DNA from: Massalongia carnosa
Taxonomy: Eukaryota
Assembly: GCA_965645245.1 (NCBI GenBank)
Contig: OZ287078.1
Coordinates: 372,001 to 436,000 of the forward strand
Direction of reading: 5' to 3'
DNA length: 64,000 nucleotides
The position numbers and the translations under genes were made by a program. Under the pieces are notes generated by a model. The model was not told the DNA's origin, did no database searches, and saw nothing but the letters and a program-made list of their open reading frames with translations. Positions 25,384-38,100 of the stretch are shown here, in pieces; within the stretch, counting starts at the first letter, position 1; every line of letters begins with the position of its first letter.

Positions 25384-28300
25384 ATGGCTCCCGGGGGTAG
25401 TGGAAAACGGAAGAGGGGTGATAGAAGTTATTCCCATGATGGAAGAGACGATACCTCGAGACCGTCGCCCCATCGTCCTGGAAACTTAAGCTTGGCGCAG
25501 CAAAGTCAAGCACAGTTAGGCCAAATCCAGAACAACCAGAACAACTTTAACAGAGATCAGTATGATCAACGAGGGGGCAGGGGAAGACGAGGAAGCAGAG
25601 GTGGGCGCGGAGGTGGACCTCCGCGTAGTCCCCTAAACAGCCCAAACGGCGTGCCAGTTCAATCACGTCGTGGAAGCGGGTCGTTGATGAGTGCGATGTC
25701 TCCTCCTCCTGTACCCGCTCAACAACCTCCAGAACTGCCTCAAGCCATCCTATCTCAGACAAACCCAACCCAAAAGACAGCAGCAACCCAAGCGCCAGAT
25801 CTAAAAGCCACGCCTTCTCTTCCATATCTTTACGAGTATATCACAGATGAACGACTGAATACTTGGGTAGAAATAGGAAGACAGGCCCTTATAGAAGATG
25901 GGGTACAGGCCTGCAAGGCAGAGGATTCGCTTGCGCTGGGTTTCATCTTTCAAGAGTTAGTCAAATCTTGCCTTGATGGTCGTACTGATGGCCTTGAAGC
26001 TGGCTCCATTATCCAGGAAATCCTTGAGCAGAGTAATTATTCCAATGGTTCTGCCGATGCAATGGTCGATTATCCTACATTCGATGCAAATTCTCTGTTT
26101 TTAGACAGCCTCTCAATAATCACGGAAACTCCAGCCACCTCCTCTCAACTACAGCCTTTGATACTAGCTTCAGGAGTCTCACCTCTTTTGATGCGATGTG
26201 AGTTGGATAGCTCGTTATTGGAGAGCCTAGGCATGATACGGAATACTTTCGTGAGGGTAGGCATTCGCCAGCAAACAAATTTACTGTATCGCCAATCAAA
26301 CTACAATCTCCTTCGCGAAGAGACAGAAGGATACTCAAAGTTGGTCACAGAGCTTTTTACGACAAGCAGTAGTGAACCGTTGACAAGTGAAGTTGTTGAA
26401 GAGACCTTTGAGCTGGTGAAAGGCATGATTGGAGCATTTGACTTGGATGTGGGAAGGGTACTGGACGTGACGCTGGATGTGTTTGCAGCTGTTCTGGTCA
26501 AACAATACCGATTCTTTGTTAAGTATCTTAGAGCTAGCTCTTGGTGGCCGCAGCAAAAGAGCTTTGACGGGTTTTCTAGCGACCTAACCTCGGGAACTTT
26601 ACCAAAATGGGCATTACCAGGGTCATCTGGACGTCCTGTAGGTGACGACGAGAGGGAAGAGTTGAGTAAGGCAAGAGATGAACGTGACTGTCTCTTCTGG
26701 CAAAGAGTTGGCGAAATTGGCATGGCCGCGTTCTTTGAAATAGGTGGGCGAAAGGCAGAGAAGGCAGCGCTTCAAGAAGCGTTAGTAAATGGAGCCGCCC
26801 CCGACTCCTCCCAGCTAGATGATGACCGGAAATGGATCGAGGTCACAGGCACATTACCGCCACCCGGCAATAAGGTGGCAGCTCAGGTCCTTGGGTTCAA
26901 GCTTCGCTTCTATTCCTCGTCTGCACGCGATCCTACAGATATTCTTCCACTAAATCTCATCTACCTTGCTGCGTTGCTGATTAAGATCGGCTTCATCTCT
27001 TTACGGGATCTTTACCCTCACCTTTGGCCGGCCGATGAAGCAATGGAGGGTGTTAGGGAAGAGAAGATGAAGGAAAAGACTGAAAAGGAGAAGCTTAACC
27101 GACCAGGAGGCGGCACCATGAATGCTTTGATGACTGCACCAGCTCTTGTCGATGACACCGTCACTGGGAGGATACAGGAAGCGGACAGGTTACGCCAGCT
27201 CGAGGCAGAGAGGTCAAGAGAGATGGAGGCGGCTCGGAATCATACATCCAAGACGGAAGCAACTGCTGACAAAATTACCGTCGCTGAGCAGCCAGACGAG
27301 AAAGAGGAGCTACCGGCGCCTGCCGACCAGAAGGTGCAGCTTCTAAAAAGTCTTCTGTGCATTGGCGCCTTACCTGAATCGCTCTATATGCTTGGGCGAT
27401 TTCCATGGCTTCCGGACGCCTTCCCTGAATTACCGGAACACATCCATCGCATTTTACATCATTGCCTTAGCAAAGTATACGAACCTTTGAGACCGCTCAA
27501 AGACCGGGCGGGCTTGCACGAGCAACAACGAATATCTGATGCGGATCAGTCCGGTGTGGGGAAAGGGGAGGTTAAGTTAATAGATGCGCCAATACGAAAA
27601 ACTTTGCGTTGGGCACAACTAGACAAGGAAGATATGAATGAAGCTACTGACTACAGATTCTATTGGGATGACTGGGCTGATAATATTCCTGTGTGCCAAT
27701 CCGTTGATGATGTCTTTCTCCTTTGCTCTACCCTCCTTAATTACACCGGCGTTAAGATTGGCCAAGATACCACTCTGTTGTTGAAACTCTCTCGCATAGG
27801 AAGCCACTCTTTAGCTACTGATACGTCGGAAGCCAACACTTTGCGGTGGATCGACCTTTCCAAACGCCTGCTTGTACCATCGCTAAGTTTAACTAAGTGC
27901 AATCCAGGTGTCGTAAACGAGGTCTTTGAGTTGATCAAAAACTTCCCGACAACTACTCGATATTCTATTTATGCCGAGTGGTATACTGGACAAACATCTC
28001 GGCTTCCTGATATTCAGGCAGCGTTCGCGCAAGCCAAAGCTGAAACAAAGGATGTGTTGAAACGAATCAGCAAGACGAACGTTAAACCAATGGCAAGGGC
28101 TCTCGCCAAAGTAGCTTACGCCTCCCCTGGAATCGTCTTCCAAGTAGCCATCGCGCAGATTGAATCTTACGACAACCTGGTAGAAACGGTTGTGGAATGT
28201 GCACGTTATTTTACTTACCTTGGTTACGACGTGCTCAGCTGGTCACTAATGAATGCTCTTGGAGGCCGAGGACGGACCAGAGTGCAAGCAGATGGAATGC

Positions 28301-31300
28301 TTACAAGCCGGTGGCTAGCGGCACTGTCATTGTTTGCTGGTAAGGTGTTTAAGCGGTACTCGGTCATGAGTCCAACGCCCATTCTACAATATGTGGCCGA
28401 GCAACTTCAACAAGGCAATACGACCGATTTAATTGTTTTGGAAGAAATCATCAACTCCATGGCTGGAATCGTGTCGGATACGGATTTTAATGAGTCTCAA
28501 GTTTTATCCATGGCTGGGGGGGAGCTTCTACAATCTCAGACGATGCTCCAAATACTCGATCGCCGTCATGAATCAAGGGCCACTGCCAAGCGCCTCATTA
28601 AGTCTCTCACAGATCCAAGACTAGCGGGCCAGATCTTGGTGTCCATCGCTCAGGAACGGCAAACCTGTATCTACAAAGTCCCGGAACCCGATGCCCACTT
28701 GAAGTTACTCGGCAACTTATTTGATGAACTGCACCGTATCCTCGTACAGTATCTGGACCTTTTGAGAAGCAACCTGGCCGTTCAGGATTTCGATTTTCAT
28801 GTCCCTAGCATTGCTCAGCTTATCAATCAGTATGGGATTGAGCCTAGTGTTGCTTTTTGGATAGGCCGACCGAGCCTTGCCGCGGCGATGGCCGGCCATG
28901 ATTTCCAGATGCAGAGGCAAAACCTTGAAATCAAGAAGTCTCCTACGAAGGAAGTGGCGGACGATTCTGTTGGTAAGGTTGGAGATGAGATTCCGGATGG
29001 AGAGGTAACTTTAGCTGAAATGAGTGACCTTGAAGTTTCTAAGCAAGCTGAGGTAAACGAGGCCGCGCTGATCGAAAACGTGGATGAAAACGGGGACTTA
29101 AGTATGGAAGATGCTGATGCCGCGGTAGCCGTTTCGAGCACGCCTCCTGCAATGAAGAACGGCTCTGTACAGCAGCCATGGCACCCCGTCTTGCGGGAAA
29201 TGATGGTTGCAATTCGTCCTGCACTTCCAGCAAAGACTTGGGAAATCCTGAGCCAGCCGTTTTACATTACATTCTGGCAACTCTCTTTGCGTGATATGCA
29301 TGTCCCTACGCAAAGCTATGAAGATGAAATCAACCGGCAAAGGAAAAAGCTAGCGATCATGAATGGCGAGCGAACTGAGAATACTACTTCTACATTCCTT
29401 GCGAAGAGAGATAGAGAAAAGAAATCTTTAACTGATCTCCAGGACCGTCTACGGGGGGAAATGAAGGACCACGTCCAGGCATACACACTAACAAGACTTC
29501 GGCTTCAACGAGAGAAAGAGCACTGGTTCTCTGATCTTTGGGGCAAGTGGGATGCGATGAACATAGCTTTGATTGAGCACTGTTTCTTCCCTCGGATTCT
29601 TCTATCTCCTGTTGACGCTATGTATGCGTTCAAAATGCTGAAATTCCTACATTCGTCAGGAGCATCAAACTTCCGAACCATAGGCGTTTTTGACCAGTTA
29701 TTCAGGGAAAAGAGGCTGACTTCAATGCTCTTTCTTTGCACGGCCAAGGAGGCCGAGAATTTTGGTCGTTTCCTTAATGAGGTCCTTAAGGATCTAAGTC
29801 GATGGCACGCGGACAAAGCAGTTTTCGAGAAGGAGGCCTTTGGCCCGAGAAAAGATCTCCCTGGTTTTTCAAGAAAAATGACGAATGAGAAGACTAACCT
29901 TACTTTCTACGACTATGAAGAGTTTCGAAGAGTGTTGCTCAAGTGGCACCGAAACCTGAATTCCGCCATAAAGGCCTGCATCACCAGTGGCGAGTACATG
30001 CACATTCGAAACGCTATCAATTTACTCAAGGCGACCTATCAATACTTCCCAGCAGTCAACTGGATGGGCCAGGCCCAGGTCAGCAGCATTACCGAGTTAA
30101 GCAAGTCTGAATCGCGCGTGGATCTGAAGATTGCCGCTACCTCTCTCCTGGGTAACCTCAAACGGCGAGAAAAAGAATGGGTACTTCCACAGGCCTTTAG
30201 CTTGGTAAGCCACGTGGTCATACCAATTTCAGAGAATGCTTCTCACACATCGAAGAATGAATCTAGTACCAACGGCACAGCTGGAGCTCGGGCTACCCCA
30301 ACAAAGCCTGTCACTCCACAGCCAAATGGTGATATGGCAAAGACTTTGAATCCTAGAGCCGTCGATTTCCTACCGAATTCTCGAACCACGTAAGTTGCGA
30401 CAACGGCAACCCCGATTTCTGAACGTCGCTGATGCATAGTCGCTTAGCGTCAACGGGAGCTTTCAAAAAACGAAGATAAATCCGGGAAAGCTTGAGGTGG
30501 AGGACGGTGAGATTGAGGATGCCAGACTCTCTAGCATCGCAGCAAAAGATGATCCCCCACCCGTGGCGGTGCAAGACGTTGCGCTAGGCTCCAAGAAGGA
30601 AACGATCGCAGAACTGGTTTCGATAGAACCCACTTTACCCAAGCCAGCCGCTGTGCCTCAGCAAGAATCAACGACTCAAACCATAAGCCAGGGAACTTTT
30701 ACTCTAGAAACGGTACATTCCGTTCAGCCTTCAGTTCAGGATTCAGTCCCGAAGCCGCTGCCTCCTTCCGCACCAAATCATAGTTTAGCCTCCAATCAGC
30801 TTGATCCGAGCAAGACTACTCCAGCAAATGCCACCAATGGCCGTTTACAGCATAGCCTGCCAAGTCGTCCTGAGGTACCCCCAACAAGACTGAGTGAGCA
30901 TCGTTTGTCCGACAGACCTAGTGATCGTGGGCCTAGGGATCCACGCTTTCTGGATCGTGGTCGCTCTGAACGACCATTAGAATCTTTGCGAGACAGAGCT
31001 CCTGATTATAACTTGGCTGGAACTTATCCACGAGGATATGGACAACCTAATGATAGGCCCCACATACAAGATCGAAACCGCGCAGAGCCAGGCTGGGGCG
31101 ATGAAAAACTTCTACAGAATCGATCTGGGCTAGACGATCGACATGATGGACCGCGCCGTGAGTCCAGACCGCCGTCACGAGATGGAAGGACCGACCGACC
31201 TCAAAGGGACCGAGCTTCTAATGAACAACATCCTCCTCCCAGGACTGACTTTCCCGCACAACCACCAAGAGAGTCAGCCATGGCTCCGCCACGTTCAAAC

Positions 31301-32965
31301 ATTATTCAGCATCCCGAGAGAGCTGCGCTCATTCAGGGGTCTCAGGAACAACATCTGTCTCGTGTTAATCGGCATTCCGATCGTCGTTCCGACCCCTCTC
31401 GGTATGAAAACTACCCAACCTCGGAACAAAACTCTCGAGGCGTATCGCCCGATCGTAGCGATGACCGCCGGCCTCCTCGCCGTGATGACCGTCTACCCAT
31501 TGATAGTCGCCGCCCGAATGAAGACGGAACGCATTCTCATCCCTCTCGCTACGGAGACTCTTACTTTCCTACTGGCCCGAGAACAGACCGTTCAGCGATG
31601 TCTGCCCTGTCTGGTTCAAATGATAGGTTTAGAGATGCTATGAAAGCAGAATCGACCACGATACAGGCAGTCGATCCCAATATTGGGCGACTCAGCCAGG
31701 ATTCTAGCCACCATGTCCGGCAGCCAGAGTCTCAATATGGTCGTCTTAACCAAACCCTCGAGATCCCGTCTGGTCCAAGGCTCTCGAATGGAAACCATCC
31801 ACCTCCATCGCCACGTGGTGGCCGAACCGTCAGTGCACCTCAGCCTCAAATCAACACTCAGATGTCGCAGACTGTCTCAGTCAACGCTCCTCTTCCCTCG
31901 CCTGTCATGGACAAGCAAACCCCTACAGGCCCATCATCGATACGAGGTCTATCTCGGAATTCGGCTTCATTCTCTCGGCCTGAGCCAACACCTACCACAG
32001 CACCAATGCCGGCGAAGGAAGCGCAAGATACAGCTGCTGTTCACCCAGACCGTCTAAATATTATCCAAGGAAACGTTACTCCGTCGTCTATCAATACTAC
32101 CCCGATTCAGGTCAACACAGCACGAAATACAAGCCAGCCGCAATCGGCTGTACTGCTACCTACCCTGGCTGGCCCCAGAGGACCAGGAACTCAGTTACCA
32201 AGTCCAACCGGGCCTTCACCGACAAACCGAGGACCTCCAACTGGTCCATCGTTTGGTGCTGAGAGAAACCGCGGGGACAAACGCTTTGCAGGAATCCAGA
32301 ACATGCTTCAACAGTCGAGTTCTCCGAATGGAATCGATAGATCCGGTCAAGGAGCTAGCATCCGCGGTAGAGGTGGGCGAGCCAATCACGTTAGTATTCC
32401 TTCACCATCGGCATCCGGCCCAGCAACTCCCTCTGGTGCGCGACCCGAAGCGTATCCTCCTCGAGGAGATCTGTTCGCCGCAAGGTCCAGCGACCCATCC
32501 ACACCGCAACATGGCGACGAGGATCTTGCATATGGACGTAGCGGAAGAGGCGGACGGGAGATGCCGAGGGAGGGCGAACGTCGATCGGAAAGACATCAAA
32601 TCAACCGTTCCCATAGCAGGGACAATGTCACAGGCCCTCCAATGCCGCTTCGGGACGAAGAAAGACTGGCACGAAGGGAGGATATGCGAGAGCGCGTCAG
32701 AGGAAACGGTCTTCCTCCCCTGGACAGAGAGATTAGAAGGCCTAGCGGGCGAGAAGAGCATGGTCGCGGGAGACGGTTGGAACCCCCTGATCGAAGGGAA
32801 ATGGACGAATGGCCCAGTGCGCGGCGAGGAGGGGAGCTGGATCGCCGGGATGAGAGGGAGCGGAGAGAGGGTGGGAGTAGTGGGAGAAAGAGAGGCCGAA
32901 TGGGTGATGAGGGGCCTGGAGAGCGGGGGCATTTAGAAAACAAGCGGTCGCGGCGCATTGGTTGA
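25384..32965 (+). CDS. THO2: THO complex subunit 2
   Basis: LLYRQSNYNLLREETEGYSKL, IGAFDLDVGRVLD, ESYDNL and YMHIRNAI Tho2 motifs in a 1669-codon ORF. Introns 30205-30255 and 30390-30447 connect it to an ~840-aa disordered R/D/P-rich tail. Confidence 0.95.
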
Positions 32966-33299
32966 ACTAGAAAGGCGCCAGGAAGTGAAGGTCTCTACTA
33001 GGTGGTCACATGTATTCATATTGTCGTGCAAAGGCAGCACCGGCGTTTTTGAGGGGGGAGCATTTCCGCGGGCATGGCATGTTCGGGGACCTTGGGAGCA
33101 AGATATGCGTCATCATTGGGGTTATTTTTCCCGCCAGAATTCGGTTCTTGTTTACACGAACGCTATGTTTGATAGATATCCCGCCAATGCGAGCGCTTCT
33201 TTTTGCGTTTGGGGTCTTTAATAGTCCTTGACTCCTTCACAACATGTATCTTCATCCTTATCCTATTCAACACTAGAGCTAGCATTAAAACCAGAGAAT

Positions 33300-34680
33300 C
33301 CTTTTACACTGCCTAGTTCTTTCTCATCTCCCATGCCCCGCTCCTTCCCACTCTCCACTCATTCCTTATTTTCTCCTCAACTTTCGCTTCCACCGGATAT
33401 CGACTAAACCAGCCATGTGTATGTAACGTACAGTTTTTTGGGGTTTTGTTGGGTTATTTTTTGGTTTGTTGGTTTCGGGGGGGTTTTTTGCTCAGTGAAC
33501 TACGTACAGGCAGTTAGGCATGTAGTTCGGGAGATAAGGGGGAAACGGGATGGGAGAGAAAGAGGCTGAGCGGGACCTTTAGTGCTCATGATAGTGATGC
33601 TGACTGATGGTTTTTTTTGGAGGGGGGGGGGGGGGGGGGGGGTGAGGAGAAAAGTAAGATTGATTGATCGATCGATTGATTAATGGATGGGTGGATGAAT
33701 AGGCATTACATTACATATATCAATATATACATTTAGGTGTTGACGCCTCTGTCTGTCTGAATGTGTGTTGCTGTTGCTATTTGACATCCACCTGAAATAG
33801 GAGATTAGGATAGGGGGCTAACATTATGAGAGGTTCTCGAAAGGGGAGAGCGGGAACGGGAAAAGGGGGGGGGGGGTTTAGGTGCAGGTGTGTGTGGTAG
33901 GATGTTGGGAGGGAGGTGGTGGGTGGTGGTGTTGATGATATTAATTAAGAGCTAGAATATGAACGCGCGCACGGAACGTAAAGAAAGGAAATTGGGCGAC
34001 ACTCGGTTATAACGATTAGCCAGTCAATCAATCAATCAATTAAAATCAATCAATCAGCCCGCTCAACCAACTACCTAGCCAACAAGCTCAACAACCCCAT
34101 CTCCTTCTTCTGTTTTCTTTTCTTTTTATCTTGTCTGGTTTTCATTTTCCCCCTTTCCCCTGATGTTCTCAAATCGGAAAAGAAAGACGAGGGGAGAATG
34201 GAGAAGGAGAAGGGGTGGAGATGATGAGTTGGGAGTGATGACGAAAACGAGGGGATGATAGGTTGAGTTGAAGCAGAAGAGAAAAAGACCTTGAGATGGG
34301 TTATAGGCATGTTGGTTATGGTGGTAGATAGAAATAAACCAGCAATTTGTCTACTTAAACAAGTGAACAAGCAAATAAGTAAATAAATGGAAGGATATAA
34401 ATATGCAGATACGCTCTGGAAATTGCACGGATTGGGAAATAATGGTGATATTGGATGGATGGACGGAAGAGGAGTGGGGGGAAACGGGAAGAATGGGAAG
34501 GGATGGGAATAGGAGGATGATTGATGGTGTTGTTGATGATGGTATAGGATGGATGGATGGATGGATGGATGGGAGTCAAGTGATGACGGTAATAATCATA
34601 CTGTTCTCACTTCATGAAGCTTCGATGATTTAAAATGGAGGGGGAAAGGGTTAAAATTAGATGAAACGGAGGCGGGAAAC
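33300..34680. repeat. Low-complexity region with a poly-G run (~33622-33642) and (GATT)n, (CAAT)n and (GGAT)n tracts
   Basis: Simple repeats visible directly. No credible ORF. Confidence 0.7.
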
Positions 34681-35178
34681 GTAACGTGATAAGATCTTCC
34701 CATTAGGTGGGGGATATATTAATAATCATGTACATCCATAACAAATGTAAATATAAAGAATGGCTTTCCTGGTAGACGTCGTACATGCATAAACCCCCTT
34801 TCGCTTTCCATCTCGTCCGTCCATCGGTGAGGCCTGAGATACACAGTATTAAATACTACATCAATGCAACCGATTTCATTGCCGATGCTTTGCTGTTTCG
34901 AAACAATCATGGTTTATCTGGCGGAGTTTGTTAGCCAAAGTTGACGGGTTTTTTTCTCGCTAATAATGCAAATCAATGGAGGATTTGGTCAGGTAGATGA
35001 TTGGCAGGAAGTATGTGAAAGTTGTGAATCGTGAAGAGACCTCATGTCCGGTCATGGGACTGGATATACCCGGATGTCTCCCTTGCGTGCCTCATCAAGA
35101 ACAAGTTATACTTGCGAAAGATCCGGATAGATACGAAAACATAGGAGCTAGTAGCAGAAAACGCCTAGGAAGCTTTAC

Positions 35179-35397
35179 CTAAGAGGTATCATGAATGCTA
35201 TCTGGGAGCGCTTTTTCAACACTCTCTGGTACAGCATCCTGCAAGACCTTTGGCACTTTGCTGTCCCCCGTAGCATGGCTCTTGGAGCCTGTAGAGCCCG
35301 TGTCGTGGACCGCGTTGGGAACGTTCTCTTCAACTTCACGAGGAAGCTTGTCCTGTGCGGCCTGGGGGACGTAGGAATCGCCGGTTGCGTGAGACAT
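35179..35397 (-). CDS. 72-aa hydrophilic protein made of two SHATGDSxVP...VE...P..HDT repeats, function unknown
   Basis: Internal duplication SHATGDSYVPQAAQDKLPREVEENVPNAVHDT / SHATGDSKVPKVLQDAVPESVEKALPDSIHDT. CAAGCATG start context and an upstream TATA box. Confidence 0.8.
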   Translation of the reverse strand: MSHATGDSYVPQAAQDKLPREVEENVPNAVHDTGSTGSKSHATGDSKVPKVLQDAVPESVEKALPDSIHDTS

Positions 35398-35519
35398 GCT
35401 TGCGGTTTGTGGTTGGAGGGTTATGAACGTAGTGGTTCTTTGAGTATATGTTATATTTGATGGACTTTGTGGATTCTGAATATGATGGATTGAGGAAAGA
35501 AAAGATGGGTTGGTGGTTC

Positions 35520-35527
35520 TTATATAG
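35520..35527 (-). promoter_or_regulatory. Putative TATA box of the two-repeat gene
   Basis: CTATATAA on the minus strand, about 125 nt upstream of the ATG at 35397. Confidence 0.5.
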
Positions 35528-37350
35528 AAAAAATCAGATCTGATATCCCTTCCTGATTATCGGGCCCGCAGATTGATGACGACAGCCGGAGACCGCTGCA
35601 AAGATAGTCTACATGACGTACCGCAAGAAACAACAGGCTAAGAGGAAATACATCCTAGGCGATGCATGCAAACCAGAACTCCTACACAAACACACCATCT
35701 CCGTGATCAACCCCTTCAGACGGTACGATGACGGCACTCGCCAACGAAACTAGAAGAAACGCCAACCTCGCCACCGTCATCTATGACACGCTCACTTGCG
35801 CGATTTATTTTCACACGGGACTCAGGGTCCGCCAAGGGATGGATGGGAATGTCAGACTTCTGGATGATGGAGGGGGATTGGCGTCATCCTCCCATGTAAC
35901 TATAAATCTAGTAGTAGTGAGACAACTCATTGGTGGAAGTCTGCAGTGCAGAAACGACGGAAATTTCGGGACTTCTGGAAGGAATGGCGAGCTGCTAGAT
36001 GGAGGATGGTGGCTCGGTAGGAGCGCAGTCGTCATCATGATGTAAAGACTTTTAACGGGGATGTTGATGGACGATGATAGGCAGAGAGAGCTGTGCCGAC
36101 GTTAGTGGTCATGTGGAAATACGAGCATTGTTGACGTTTTGACATGTAGATTGAACGGTACAGGTAGACGTTAAAGATTCAACGTTTCGAGATGGGGAGT
36201 GGCATGAGGTTTCAAGGCACGTGACCAGTTTGATAGGGATCATCGTTCATCGTTCTCGTTCCAGCCTTACGAGGGACAATCCAGCAGGATAACGCGCATA
36301 CACAATCTCTCGACGAGCGTTTCAGACCATATCGCAGCTTTAATATACCATTACAGCACTCTCTTAGCTATCGGTTGGTTTGGGTTCCATTGCGAAAATT
36401 GTGGCGAGAAGCTCTCCATGATGCCCAGGTTTAGCTCATAGTAACCAAAGTCTAACGACCTTCTCCTTAGCAGCCCCCTGTTTGCCAGCCTCGAAAAAGA
36501 TATACCTAAACCCAGGGATGCGTTGAAAGTTCGCAAGATACCCCGAAGATCTACTATCGCTAGGGACATTAATGTCTGACCGCCTAGTTACCACTTATAG
36601 TAACCCTGCCCTGTATCGCCCATCTTGAGACCTCCTGTCTGCGAGTTCAAGGATCTTTTCCGCTGTCTTAGACGTTGGCCTACACGACACGTTTAGTTCC
36701 AGCTCATCGACCCCTCCGAAACGATATATATCTTCGTGTCCCGAATCCGGCGCAGGATAGCGACGTCAGTAAGCTTGGTATTGTTGTTAGCATCGCCACG
36801 CCCAGGCGCGGCCAGGCGCTTCTCGCTCTCAGCGCGCTGCAGTAAGAATGACGGAGATCAGCCGCGAGTGCCGGGATCTTGCGGCTCGAGTGTAATCCGC
36901 CACCGATGCGGAGCCTTCCGGATCGGAGGATGGCTGATCGGTGCATATCCACGTTACGTCCTCGGTAGACGTGCTTGTGGAGACGGAGTCGAGGATAGCA
37001 GTACGCTGTTGCCAAGTTAGCGACCCGTGCATTTTGCCAATTACCTATACGGATATCATAGAGGGGGCTGGTTGAGCGGTACCATTGCCTTGCGTAAAAG
37101 TTGATATTCTCCCATCGATCGGTCATAAACCATGGCGACGGGGTCGATGAGATGGTGATTGTCGATGACCCCTGATTTCGCGATAATCTTGCTGGACCAG
37201 AACAAAGATGTGAGCAGAACGCCGAGAATTGCAATCAATGAATATGTCAGCGATACCTAAGTTCTCTGGCCACGATAAGTTTCCCGACACCTGGGTAACC
37301 ATTGATGTATATGAACGGTGGGCTCATGAGGGCAGGAACTGCTCAAATTT

Positions 37351-37580
<230 letters not shown>

Positions 37581-38100
37581 AGGATGACTTTTCTGAGAGA
37601 ATGTATAAAATAAAGCCGTGGATAGTGAGCTCATGCTTCGAGATACCTACCCTAGGGATCATGCATGGACCATTCATTACACAAAATCTCGTCAGCTATA
37701 ATTTGAATCTTCACCATAATTACGCTAATATATCTGCTAATTCATCACCCGCACTTTGCCCTTCCCCCCATTATGTAACAGCAATAACACCGCCTCGTTT
37801 TCATCCAAAACTTCCCCAGGCGGTTCCGGTCGTCAAGGATAAGCAGGGAAGAAAATCGGGTACTCTACAGCTAAGAATCGTTCCTCGATACATTTATGAG
37901 ATGTCTATAGCTTCACCATGGTGCACTGTGTAGTATCGCTTTTCGCTCAAATCGCTGAAAGTCTTCGTTCTATACATACAGATTCTGCCAGAACGGGGGA
38001 GAGGAGTTTTCGCCAAATAGCTGCATCAATGCCTCCTACCCATACGGCATAGGCAAAACGGCTATGCTGGCAATGATCGCGTACTTTTCTAAGAGCGGGA

